Source of the DNA: a virus
Lineage: Duplodnaviria > Caudoviricetes
IMG/VR virus record: IMGVR_UViG_3300006867_000070
Span: 1-27,967 of that record
Strand: one strand, 5' to 3'
Length of the DNA stretch: 27,967 nt
Shown here: piece after piece, positions 7,492 to 16,500 of the stretch
Numbering within the stretch: position 1 is the stretch's first letter
Layout of the letters: each line of letters opens with the position of its first letter
Position numbers and translations under genes: made by a program
The notes under the pieces: generated by a model
Told to the model about the DNA's origin: nothing
What the model saw: the letters and a program-made list of their open reading frames with translations, nothing else
The model's database searches: none

Positions 7492-8864
7492 TTGAAGACC
7501 TAAAACGAGCTAAAGGAATAGTCGATTCAGAACCCGACGAGGCTATGAGAATATGCTGCGAGGTGATGAACAAGGAGCTGGATTCGGATGTAGGCCAGAT
7601 GGCGTTATTCATGGCTGGTTACATCATGATGAATGCAGGTAGAACAGGCATTGCTTACCATATGTTTATGAGATGCGCTCAGTTAAAGCCTAATGAGCCT
7701 GAAATATACTCGAATATGGGTATGTGCTTGGAAGAGGATAAGCCAGAAGAGGCTGTTAAGCTGTTTAAGAAGGCTATGAAGCTGAAGCCTGGGAACGTTA
7801 CAGCAATGGCTAATCTTGCTTTGATGAACCTCCAAATGGGAAGGCCGGACGAATGCATAAACTTATGTAATCGAGTACTCAAAACTAATCCAGAATCGAG
7901 AGCAGCTCATCACAACAAAGGCTTAGCCAAGTTGATGAAACGAGACTTTAGCGGCTGGGATGAGTATTTTAAAACGTTAGGCGTTAAACATAGAGAGGCC
8001 AGATCTTACGGTTTGCCGGACTGGAACGGCGAAGAAGGAACGGTATTAGTCTATGGTGAGCAAGGTGTGGGTGATGAGATCATGTTCGCGTCATGCTTTG
8101 AAGACCTGCAAAAGACCAACAAGATCATATTTGACTGTGACAAAAGGCTTGAGTCAATATTCAAACGTAACTTTGATTTTGAGATTCATGGAACAAGATT
8201 CAGCGACAAGCCTATTGAGGTTTCAGAAACTCCAGACTACCAATGTGCTATAGGTCAATTACCCTACTTCTTTAGAAGAAATGAATCAGACTTCCCTGGC
8301 AAGCCTTACCTCAAGCCAGATCCAGAACGAGCCATTCAATGGGAATCAATACTAGAAAGAGGTCCGAGAATTGGCATAGCTTGGAATGGCGGCACTAAGG
8401 GCACTAGACAACAATACAGATCTACAGATTTAGAGCAGTTTAAACCCATCATAGATATGGACGCTCAGATAGTTAATCTCGAATATAAGCCTGTAGATGA
8501 CGATCAGATGAAGGAATACGGTATCACGAATTGGCCTAGAGCTGTTCTAAAAGGCTGTGATCTAGAAGATACTTTAGCATTAATCAGTAGATTGGATTGT
8601 GTTGTTACAGTTTGTACTACTGTTGTCTATTTAGCGGGGGCTCTTGGGATACCCTGTTATGTTATAGTTCCTGAATATTGCGGTTATAGATATCATAGTT
8701 TTGGCTCATCATTTCCGTGGTATAATAGCGTGAAGCTGTATAGAGGTGGTTTTAACAAATCAATCAGGGAGATTAAAACGGATGTTGAAAATATTCATCG
8801 GATACGACCCACGCGAGACCGTAGCTTACCATGTACTCTGTCACTCAATACTAAGGCAGGCTAG
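7488..8864 (+). CDS. TPR-repeat protein fused to a GT-B glycosyltransferase domain (GT9-like)
   Basis: TPR signatures (LKPNEPEIYSNMG, LKPGNVTAMANLA); EQGVGDEIMF, RIGIAWNG and LISRLDCVVTVCTTVVYLAGALG motifs. Confidence 0.85.
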   Translation: MIEDLKRAKGIVDSEPDEAMRICCEVMNKELDSDVGQMALFMAGYIMMNAGRTGIAYHMFMRCAQLKPNEPEIYSNMGMCLEEDKPEEAVKLFKKAMKLKPGNVTAMANLALMNLQMGRPDECINLCNRVLKTNPESRAAHHNKGLAKLMKRDFSGWDEYFKTLGVKHREARSYGLPDWNGEEGTVLVYGEQGVGDEIMFASCFEDLQKTNKIIFDCDKRLESIFKRNFDFEIHGTRFSDKPIEVSETPDYQCAIGQLPYFFRRNESDFPGKPYLKPDPERAIQWESILERGPRIGIAWNGGTKGTRQQYRSTDLEQFKPIIDMDAQIVNLEYKPVDDDQMKEYGITNWPRAVLKGCDLEDTLALISRLDCVVTVCTTVVYLAGALGIPCYVIVPEYCGYRYHSFGSSFPWYNSVKLYRGGFNKSIREIKTDVENIHRIRPTRDRSLPCTLSLNTKAG

Positions 8865-9444
8865 CGGGCCAGTTAGTTTTACACCCATCAATAAGCGCAA
8901 TATTCCAGAATTCACTAGAGGGATGGAAGATGGGTCTACAGAGTTCAGTTTTTCGCGGTTCCTCACTCCCTATCTAACAGGGTTCAGTGGCCAGGCATTA
9001 TTTATGGATTGTGACATGCTTGTTAGATGCGATATCTACGAGCTACTAGCCTACGGTACAATCAGTAGTGCCGTTAGTGTTGTACAGCATGATTACACAC
9101 CCAAACCAGATAAGAAATTCCTCGGCAATACCCAGCACATATACCCAAAAAAGAATTGGTCTAGCCTGATGTTGTTTAATTGCAGCCATACAGACTGTTT
9201 TAACCTTCATGCATACAAGATTAACCACTGTACAGGTAAATATTTACATCAATTTGAATGGGCGCAGGATGGAGTTGGAGCTATACCTCTAGACTACAAT
9301 CATTTAGTGGGAGAATATGACCCCAATCCAGACGCTAAAATAGCCCATTTCACACTAGGTACGCCATGTTTCAAGGGATACGAGAGTCAAGAGTTTGCTG
9401 ACGAATGGTTCGCTGAAAGGGAAATGATGCTACATGCAGACTAA
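8782..9444 (+). CDS. GT-A glycosyltransferase (GT8-like, CDI-type)
   Basis: IFIGYD, STEFSFSRF, DxD motif (FMDCDML), KNWSSLML, HFTLGTP; SD GGGAG at 8767-71 before ATG 8782. Confidence 0.88.
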   Translation: MLKIFIGYDPRETVAYHVLCHSILRQASGPVSFTPINKRNIPEFTRGMEDGSTEFSFSRFLTPYLTGFSGQALFMDCDMLVRCDIYELLAYGTISSAVSVVQHDYTPKPDKKFLGNTQHIYPKKNWSSLMLFNCSHTDCFNLHAYKINHCTGKYLHQFEWAQDGVGAIPLDYNHLVGEYDPNPDAKIAHFTLGTPCFKGYESQEFADEWFAEREMMLHAD

Positions 9445-10252
9445 TCCTAGCATTAACTTCTTTGGGCCAAATGAAGAGATAGCATCGGGAAGATACCGCA
9501 ACATAATGCCGTTTAACTGGCTAAAGGATAATGGGTGGGAAGTAGGCAACGATGTGCTAGTGACCATGAAGCATAGATGGCCATTCAACCCTTTAGAACC
9601 ATACTCTAAATATATATTTGACGTATGCGACGATCATTTCGATACAATGTTTAGAGAGCATTATCTAAAACACTGTAACGAATCCAACCTTGTCACCTGC
9701 AATTCGGAAGAGATGTCTAGAATCATCAAGGAACGGACCGGAAGAGAGGCTCAAATAATACCTGATCCTATCGAATACGACACACAGCCAGCACACTATA
9801 AAGATAGATTCCTGACGTTTGGCAATGAGTGGAATATTGCATTGTTGCGCAATGTACCGAACCTATTAAAAGCCCTAAACGGTAGATCGTTAGATATTAT
9901 TTCTAAGCCTGTAGAACCCTCAATTATTCCTTGGAGCCGTGAGGCAATGATAGAAGGGTTTAAACGTGCTGGAGCTGTTATTATTCCAGTAGGTAATAAG
10001 ATAGCTAAGAGCGCTAATCGGTTGTTGGAATCAATTAATGCGGGATGTTTTGTAATAGCTAACAGCATGCCAGCCTATGACGAATTCAAGGATTTTTCGT
10101 GGATTGGTGATATCGCTCAAGGTATAGACTGGTATTTAAACAACAAGGAAGAGGCTCTAATTAAGGTAGAAGCAGGTCAGAGGTATATACTCGACCGCTA
10201 CACTATCGACAAGGTAGGGCCGATGTGGGAGAAAGCAATTGGGTCATGTTAA
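9434..10252 (+). CDS. Putative GT-B (GT4-like) glycosyltransferase
   Basis: FDVCDDHF, VTCNS, IIPDP, KSANRLLESINAGCFVIA and a C-terminal YILDRYT helix. Confidence 0.7.
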   Translation: MQTNPSINFFGPNEEIASGRYRNIMPFNWLKDNGWEVGNDVLVTMKHRWPFNPLEPYSKYIFDVCDDHFDTMFREHYLKHCNESNLVTCNSEEMSRIIKERTGREAQIIPDPIEYDTQPAHYKDRFLTFGNEWNIALLRNVPNLLKALNGRSLDIISKPVEPSIIPWSREAMIEGFKRAGAVIIPVGNKIAKSANRLLESINAGCFVIANSMPAYDEFKDFSWIGDIAQGIDWYLNNKEEALIKVEAGQRYILDRYTIDKVGPMWEKAIGSC

Positions 10253-10823
10253 TCAGAGGATCTTTTTAGAACGGATGGGAGGCCAGCTACACGGGCCTGT
10301 ATTAGAGGTTGGCAGCAAAGACTACGGAAACACACAGGACTTTAGATCTTTAGTCAGCGGTGAATACGTTGGTTTAGATTTGGAGGACGGTAAAGGCGTT
10401 GACGTAGTACATGATCTATCAGACGGAGTTGGACCACTCAAAAAAGGCCATTTTAATCTGATTATATGCTGTTCGATCTTAGAGCATGTAAAGAACCCCT
10501 GGATAGTTGCTGAAACATTAATGGATCTACTGAGCGATAACGGAAAGATCTACATTTCTACTCCGTGGATTCAACGTTACCATAAATATCCAGACGATTA
10601 TTGGCGGTTCACTCTTCCAGCGCTTAAACTGTTATTTAATAGATTAGAGTTAACCAAGCCATATCTAAGCACCTTCACAGCTGGCGAGTTCATGGATCTT
10701 GAAACATATCCAGACTGCGACAACTCACTTGCAATAATGCACGATGGCAGAAAGTACCTACCTTGCTACGAATTACACACTATTGGGCTGAATAATGGCA
10801 ATAAACACATACGCGAACCTTAA
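10239..10823 (+). CDS. Class I SAM-dependent methyltransferase
   Basis: VLEVGS, YVGLD..GVDVVHD, SILEHVKNP, H.YPDDYWRF; TTG start with SD GGGAG. Confidence 0.88.
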   Translation: MGHVNQRIFLERMGGQLHGPVLEVGSKDYGNTQDFRSLVSGEYVGLDLEDGKGVDVVHDLSDGVGPLKKGHFNLIICCSILEHVKNPWIVAETLMDLLSDNGKIYISTPWIQRYHKYPDDYWRFTLPALKLLFNRLELTKPYLSTFTAGEFMDLETYPDCDNSLAIMHDGRKYLPCYELHTIGLNNGNKHIREP

Positions 10824-11409
10824 AACAGCAATTGAGGCTTGGTCACATAGAACAGATATTTCTAATGTGATAGATAACTTCATAGAGCTAGCAGAGAATG
10901 AGATAGACAAGCGATTAATGCTCAGAAATAACGAGTTGAGAGCTATTGCAACCATGTCCACCTCAGAGCGATTCTTGGCGCTTCCTGACCGTTTTTTGAA
11001 GATGCGTAGGCTTACATTAGTAAACGGCACATTGAACTACGAGATAGCCTATAGAAGCCCTGAATCAATGCCTGTGCAAGATAGCGCAGGCAGGCCAAAA
11101 TACTTCACTGTAACATCACAACTTGAGTTCGATAGAACAGCAGACTCAGCCTATACACTGGAAATGAGCTACTTTTCTAGGATCGTACCTCTAACCTCTT
11201 CCAACACATCAAACGACACGCTCACAGATTACCCTGATTTGTACCTGTGGGGATGCCTTGTTCAGCTCGCATTGTGGGAGCAAGATTTTGACAAAGCGAA
11301 TATTTATCAGGGCAAATTTGATAGATCCATTGAAGAGGCTAACAAGCAGGAAAGAAAAGGTCGGTATGGTACAGCACCACGCATGATGAAAGAAGGATCT
11401 ACCCCATAA
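10795..11409 (+). CDS. Head-tail adaptor / tail tubular protein A-like
   Basis: TYANLKTAI..W..RTD..FIELAE and YPDLYLWGCL motifs; position before the gp10-like gene. Confidence 0.8.
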   Translation: MAINTYANLKTAIEAWSHRTDISNVIDNFIELAENEIDKRLMLRNNELRAIATMSTSERFLALPDRFLKMRRLTLVNGTLNYEIAYRSPESMPVQDSAGRPKYFTVTSQLEFDRTADSAYTLEMSYFSRIVPLTSSNTSNDTLTDYPDLYLWGCLVQLALWEQDFDKANIYQGKFDRSIEEANKQERKGRYGTAPRMMKEGSTP

Positions 11410-12842
11410 TGTATAAAACGATTCCTGTACAAGTTGTGGGTGGCTCGAATCCATCAAGGTCAAAGGCAGTATCGCAAGAAAGAACTTTAAACCTTTATCC
11501 TGAATCAGTGCCTTCTGGATCGCATCCTTCTACCCTCTACCCGTGGCCAGGCTCAACTCAATTTAGTGATGGCACAGGATCAGGCGCGTCTAGAGGTATC
11601 TACACACACGAACGAACGGGAGTAGTTTACAAGATAGCAGACACTACGCTCTATTCTATGGATTCTAACGGGGTAGAAACATCAATAGGAACGATAGCTG
11701 GAAGCGGTTTAGTAATATTTGAGTCTCTTTATGACAATATAGTCAATATAGGAACGAAGCTTTTAATAACTTCTAACACTAAAGGCTATGTTTATGATGT
11801 TGACTCAGGTAGTCTAACAGAGGTGACGGATGCTTCATATGTTGCGGGCGGTTCTGTAGTCGCTATTAATTCGTTCGCAATATGGCAGCTAGATAAAAAC
11901 CGTTACGCGGTGGGTGATGTTGGTGATCCTGCATCTATTCAGGCGGAAAATATCAGTACAACCATAACATATGGCGACGATTTAGTCAGGATCTTTAAAT
12001 ACAAAGAAACAATATACATGATGGGTTCTGTTGGTGTAGAGCCATATTATATAGGTTCATCCGGCACTAATCCTTTAGTTTCAATTCAAAATAGTTCAAT
12101 GCCTGTTGGGTTAATAGATCGTGGTTGTGTAGACTCTAATGATTATGCAATGTATTGGATTGGCAGCGATAAGATCCTATACAGAGCTACAGCATACCAA
12201 CAACAGAGCGTCACAACTCCATCAATAGCTGGCGCATTCTTTGATCTAGACTTTACTGGGTCTAGAGTAAAATGTATAAAGTTTGCTGGTCAAAACTTTG
12301 TAATGGTCCTGACTAACTCTAAAAGCTGGGTTTACTGCGAGACAACTAACCTATGGATTGAACTCGCCTACACTGCCAACGAATACCCCTATCTTGCCTA
12401 CGATTATACCTACGCTTACGGAACCCACTACATCCAGTCTAGACTTGATTCTAGAGTATTAAAACTAGATCCTAACGTCTATACTGATAACAACCAAACG
12501 ACGATTAGAGAGCGTGTTACGGCGCCTATAAACGGCGGTCAGCTTGGCTTGGAGGGTGGGCGTTTTACGGTAAAGCGCGCTGAGATAGTTTGCGCGAGTG
12601 GCATAGGGAATTTGAGTGAAGCAAATCCATTAATTATGATCAGCAATTCCATAGACTTCGGCCAATCGTTTTCTAATGAGTCTTGGATTCGAGCAGGAAG
12701 AGATGATGAGAACAATCTGAGGGTTGAATACGATTTCATAAGATCATGCAGGCAAATACAATTCAAAATAAGAACCTCAGACCCAAACTTTTTTAACTTT
12801 CAATCATTCGCTATTGATGTTCAGCGAGGTGGCCAGTTTTGA
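11409..12842 (+). CDS. Packaged DNA stabilisation protein / tail nozzle (P22 gp10-like)
   Basis: 477 aa beta-rich protein; NLYPE, PG..F, YD/YC..T..W and S.DFG.SFS motifs. Confidence 0.82.
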   Translation: MYKTIPVQVVGGSNPSRSKAVSQERTLNLYPESVPSGSHPSTLYPWPGSTQFSDGTGSGASRGIYTHERTGVVYKIADTTLYSMDSNGVETSIGTIAGSGLVIFESLYDNIVNIGTKLLITSNTKGYVYDVDSGSLTEVTDASYVAGGSVVAINSFAIWQLDKNRYAVGDVGDPASIQAENISTTITYGDDLVRIFKYKETIYMMGSVGVEPYYIGSSGTNPLVSIQNSSMPVGLIDRGCVDSNDYAMYWIGSDKILYRATAYQQQSVTTPSIAGAFFDLDFTGSRVKCIKFAGQNFVMVLTNSKSWVYCETTNLWIELAYTANEYPYLAYDYTYAYGTHYIQSRLDSRVLKLDPNVYTDNNQTTIRERVTAPINGGQLGLEGGRFTVKRAEIVCASGIGNLSEANPLIMISNSIDFGQSFSNESWIRAGRDDENNLRVEYDFIRSCRQIQFKIRTSDPNFFNFQSFAIDVQRGGQF

Positions 12843-13342
12843 CGCAGGTGGATCCATTCGTTTATCCAATACCGCAACGACTTCAAGAAGATCCTGAAGT
12901 AAGAGCATATTTTGAGTATTTTAGTAGGTGGGCGCATGATATGTGGCTACGGACGGGTGGAAGTGAAGACGCTGTATCTGATACAGGTGTCAGAGAGTCT
13001 TACCCCTGGGCGCAGGACTTCATAGGAGATGACAAGAACAGTATACAGGCTCTTTATTCCTGCGGCACTGAAACGCAAATCATAACAACTAAGACGATCT
13101 CTAGAGAAACCTATACCGCAGTAGATAACATGTTTGTGTATATGACTAATGATTCTACTCTATATCTTCCTGCTAACCCTGTTAGGAATAGCGTTGTATA
13201 TATGACTAAGGATGCAAGCAGGTCTAGAGTGAACGGTAACGGTAAAACTATAAACGGAAAGAGTGAGTATGTGTACTACAGGCCAGAGCTGGCTAGGGTA
13301 TTCCAATATTTTATAGATAGTGATGAGTGGCGTATAAGATGA
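12839..13342 (+). CDS. Putative tail/virion protein
   Basis: Coupled to the upstream stop; lies in the tail module; LYLPANP..VNGNGKTING is tail-fibre-like. Confidence 0.6.
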   Translation: MTQVDPFVYPIPQRLQEDPEVRAYFEYFSRWAHDMWLRTGGSEDAVSDTGVRESYPWAQDFIGDDKNSIQALYSCGTETQIITTKTISRETYTAVDNMFVYMTNDSTLYLPANPVRNSVVYMTKDASRSRVNGNGKTINGKSEYVYYRPELARVFQYFIDSDEWRIR

Positions 13343-13485
13343 GTTATGAAGGTGATAACAGTCAGCACGAGCGGAGTATAGAGCAGATCCTAGAGGATAT
13401 GCTAGTACAACTGAAATTACTGTATCTAGTGCTAGAGGAAGCGGTAGAGACAGGCATAAAGAAAGAGGATCTTGACAATGAGTAG
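13339..13485 (+). CDS. Small acidic helical protein, 48 aa (not in ORF track)
   Basis: ATGA coupling; MSYEGDNSQHERSIEQILEDMLVQLKLLYLVLEEAVETGIKKEDLDNE*; fills the gap between neighbours. Confidence 0.65.
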   Translation: MSYEGDNSQHERSIEQILEDMLVQLKLLYLVLEEAVETGIKKEDLDNE

Positions 13486-14053
13486 CATACTTGACGGTAA
13501 GGGCAGGGGATATAGAGCAGGAGTTAACTCTAATAACCAGTTGGAAACTTTCTCTGTTACTGAAAGCAGAATAGCAGACATATCTAAGACTGGGTATTCG
13601 TTTCTAGTAGCAACTGATTTTGTATCGCTTACTACAACAGGATCTTTCAACGGGCTGTTATATATAAAAAACAATAGTACTGTAAGGGATATCTTTATTA
13701 AAACCATAAGAGTGTGCTCGGCTGAAACGGGCTATGTCCAGATTAGGGCTATCAGGAACCCATCTACAGGAACTCTTATATCTGATGCTAACTCAGCCGA
13801 CAAACTATCTGCTAACGCAGGGTCGAGCGTAGTGTTTGATGGGCTGGCCTATGCTGCAAGCGGCGATGGGAAAACGGTTACTGATGGAGACAACTGGACG
13901 CAATTTATAAACAGAAGTCCAGGACATAGCGTTCAAGACTATGAAGGAGCAATCGTTATACCTGGCGGGAAATCAATGGCTTTAACAGCTAAACCGTCTG
14001 TATCTATGACGATATGCGTAGAGGTTCAATTGTGGTTCGAGGGGGATGAATAA
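13478..14053 (+). CDS. Putative virion beta-sandwich protein, paralog 1
   Basis: Shares DG.G.GYRA.VN.NNQ, LYIKNN, RNP..GT..SDA and KT.TDGD with the next gene; ATG 13478 with SD GAGG. Confidence 0.7.
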   Translation: MSSILDGKGRGYRAGVNSNNQLETFSVTESRIADISKTGYSFLVATDFVSLTTTGSFNGLLYIKNNSTVRDIFIKTIRVCSAETGYVQIRAIRNPSTGTLISDANSADKLSANAGSSVVFDGLAYAASGDGKTVTDGDNWTQFINRSPGHSVQDYEGAIVIPGGKSMALTAKPSVSMTICVEVQLWFEGDE

Positions 14054-14643
14054 TGTATTTAGAAGATGGCGGCGGATCGGGCTACAGAGCGAAGGTCAAC
14101 AAGAATAATCAGATTTATGTAAATTCAGTCAGTAAGGCGGAGGAACGAAAAGCGACAAAAGATGGGCGCAGTTACAACATTAATACCGGATCTATTGAAT
14201 TGACTTCTGCTAATGAGAGCGCTGTACTTTACCTGAAGAACAATGAAAATCAAGACCTGCATATCACGAGTATTATAGCGATTCTCGGCCAATCTACAGG
14301 CGGTTCTGCTACTGATGACGTCATAGTTGAGGTGTTGAGAAACCCCACAGCAGGCACCGTGGTTAGTGATGCAACGGCGGTAGGTGTTAACAGTAATAGA
14401 AATTTCGGTAGTAGCAACACGCTTACGGCTGATGTATATAAGGGCGCAGAGGCTAAGACGTTAACAGATGGCGACCAACACATTTTAAGCTTAATATCCG
14501 AAGGAACTAGAGTATCATTTGAGATAGATGAGGTTCTGCCGAAGGGTTCAAGTATTGGTGTTACTATAAACCCACCTGCTTCTAATACCTCAATGGACGT
14601 GATGGTAGCCATACTCTGTCACCTGGAAGATCCTAATGATTAA
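14053..14643 (+). CDS. Putative virion beta-sandwich protein, paralog 2
   Basis: Aligns by eye along its length with 13478-14053. Confidence 0.7.
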   Translation: MYLEDGGGSGYRAKVNKNNQIYVNSVSKAEERKATKDGRSYNINTGSIELTSANESAVLYLKNNENQDLHITSIIAILGQSTGGSATDDVIVEVLRNPTAGTVVSDATAVGVNSNRNFGSSNTLTADVYKGAEAKTLTDGDQHILSLISEGTRVSFEIDEVLPKGSSIGVTINPPASNTSMDVMVAILCHLEDPND

Positions 14644-15061
14644 GTCTGCAATAATAGACGTTTTTACTGGCAGAGCGGCGAGAGTTAGTCGTTTTGGTGA
14701 GGTGGTCACTGGCAGGTATGATTACAGTGATCCGCAATTCCAGAGCATGTCTAGCACTGGAACGGCGTACAATTTCTTTGCCCCTATTTCTAACAAAAGA
14801 CTCGTAATCACAGACATTTTAGTTGATGCGGATAGGAATGTTAGCGGGGCTACTCCGGCGACCATAGACATTTACGAATCATCCGGCTCAACTGATACAA
14901 CGATTGATAAGCAGATATTGAAGCTGGAGTTGCTAAAGAACAGTTTTAGAGATTTTACCGCGCTGAATCTTATTGTTTCTACTGGAAAATGGGTTAACGC
15001 TAAGACAGATGACGCGACTGTTAATATCACTATCGCTGGATATTATGTGAAAGAAGTTTAA
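14636..15061 (+). CDS. Putative virion protein, distant paralog 3
   Basis: N-terminal I.D..TGRAARVS..GEV resembles the two upstream genes. Confidence 0.6.
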   Translation: MIKSAIIDVFTGRAARVSRFGEVVTGRYDYSDPQFQSMSSTGTAYNFFAPISNKRLVITDILVDADRNVSGATPATIDIYESSGSTDTTIDKQILKLELLKNSFRDFTALNLIVSTGKWVNAKTDDATVNITIAGYYVKEV

Positions 15062-15075
15062 GGCGGGAAATACTA

Positions 15076-15417
15076 ATGACTACACTAAACAGCTTTGTAT
15101 CAGAGACTCAGCTAACAGGTTCAGAGTCTACTTTAGTTTCAACTAACACGACTGAGAAGAAGTTTATCGGAAAGATGACATTAACAAACACGTCTACTAG
15201 CAACGTAGAGGTTACATTATGGCGCATAGCTTCAACAACTACGGGAACTACGGGAAGCGGTGGTAACTGGATCTTTAAAGAGACTATTCCAGCGGGAAAG
15301 GTGGTTACTGTAGATAAGCTACAAGGTCATGTTCTGGGCGTAAGTATGAAAATTTCAGGGTTAGCTGGAACGGCTAGCGTTATCAATGTGGATGTGAGCG
15401 GAACTACTGAGACATGA
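15076..15417 (+). CDS. Small T/S/G-rich virion protein
   Basis: Beta-rich pattern (TLTNTS..VEVTLW..TIPAG..ISGLAGTASVINV.VSG); located in the structural module. Confidence 0.65.
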   Translation: MTTLNSFVSETQLTGSESTLVSTNTTEKKFIGKMTLTNTSTSNVEVTLWRIASTTTGTTGSGGNWIFKETIPAGKVVTVDKLQGHVLGVSMKISGLAGTASVINVDVSGTTET

Positions 15418-15815
15418 TTCGACCAGTAACCCTGGCAGATATGGATTTCTGTCAGAGCATTGCTATTAAATTCTGCGAGATAGCCGGAACTAACTACGAT
15501 AGATCCACTGTTGAGAATACTGTAGAACAACTAATTAATAACGGTATTATGATTAGAAGCGATCGCGGAATTATAGGGGGTCTAGTCTTCCCTTTATTTA
15601 TGAGCGGCGAGACAGTGGCACAGGAATTCTTTTGGTATTCAGAAGGCAAGGACGGCAAAGAGTTATTGGAAGCCTTTGAAGATGCAGCAAAAGAGAAGGG
15701 AGCAACAAAAATTATAATGGTTAGTCTTCACAACGAATATCAATCAAAGATAGATAAAATCTATACAGATCTAGGTTATATAGAGTCAGAAAAATCTTTT
15801 ATTAAGGGGATATAG
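15414..15815 (+). CDS. GNAT-family acetyltransferase-like protein
   Basis: MIRPVTLAD, EFFWY, GKELLEAFEDAAKEKGA, YTDLGY; typical position before podovirus ejection genes. Confidence 0.8.
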   Translation: MIRPVTLADMDFCQSIAIKFCEIAGTNYDRSTVENTVEQLINNGIMIRSDRGIIGGLVFPLFMSGETVAQEFFWYSEGKDGKELLEAFEDAAKEKGATKIIMVSLHNEYQSKIDKIYTDLGYIESEKSFIKGI

Positions 15816-15816
15816 A

Positions 15817-16491
15817 ATGGCGGTATCAACAGGAGCAGCATTATTGGCGGGTGGTCTAGCGGCATCGACAGCCTACGGTGCAAACCGACAAAAGAAGGCA
15901 GCAGAGGCGGCAGCAAACGCGCAAACACAAGCGGCAGAGCAAGGTATAGGATTCCAGAGGGAAGCGCTACAGTCCTTTAATGAGCGCACAGAACCATTCA
16001 GACAGCTTGGAGTTGGTGTGTTGCCACAATTAACACAGCAGGCAGGCATGGGTCAGAGTCCGTTATTCAGCGCTCTACAAGACGATGTGACCAGGCGCGT
16101 ATTCGCAAATCAAGCGGCGCAAGGCAGGACTGGCGGCACAGAAACCGCTGTAGCTCTAGCTAATGCTCTAGCACCATTACAAATACAGCAGCAGCAACAA
16201 CAGTTTGCTAACTTATACGATCTTGCAAGACTTGGCTCTAATGTTGCGGCGGGACAAGGTACAGCAGGATTAAGTACGGCTGGGAACCTGGCGAATCTAG
16301 CTGGGAATATTGGTCAGGCTCAATCTCAAGGACAGATAGGAAAAGCTAACGCAATCAATCAAGGCTTGGGTGGTCTAGCGAGCCTAGCAGGTTTTGGCTT
16401 AGCTGGAGGGTTTGGCGGTGGCGGCGGTGGGTCAGGATTGGGCGGTGGTTTAATGTCACCTTCAACACTTTCTAATACCTGGTACGCATAG
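15817..16491 (+). CDS. DNA ejection/transfer protein (P22 gp7-like)
   Basis: A/G/Q-rich with a hydrophobic N-terminus and Gly-rich C-terminus; EPFRQLG motif. Confidence 0.75.
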   Translation: MAVSTGAALLAGGLAASTAYGANRQKKAAEAAANAQTQAAEQGIGFQREALQSFNERTEPFRQLGVGVLPQLTQQAGMGQSPLFSALQDDVTRRVFANQAAQGRTGGTETAVALANALAPLQIQQQQQQFANLYDLARLGSNVAAGQGTAGLSTAGNLANLAGNIGQAQSQGQIGKANAINQGLGGLASLAGFGLAGGFGGGGGGSGLGGGLMSPSTLSNTWYA

Positions 16492-16500
16492 GGGGGATAC

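Noticed and set aside
7488-10823. gtrABC-type O-antigen conversion or DNA hypermodification cluster
   Set aside because: No membrane flippase or polytopic transferase, no base-modifying enzyme nearby, and a late-operon location; disfavoured but not excluded
12361-12440. TAC/AAC-rich stretch as a diversity-generating retroelement variable region
   Set aside because: No template repeat or reverse transcriptase in the window; explained by a Tyr-rich peptide
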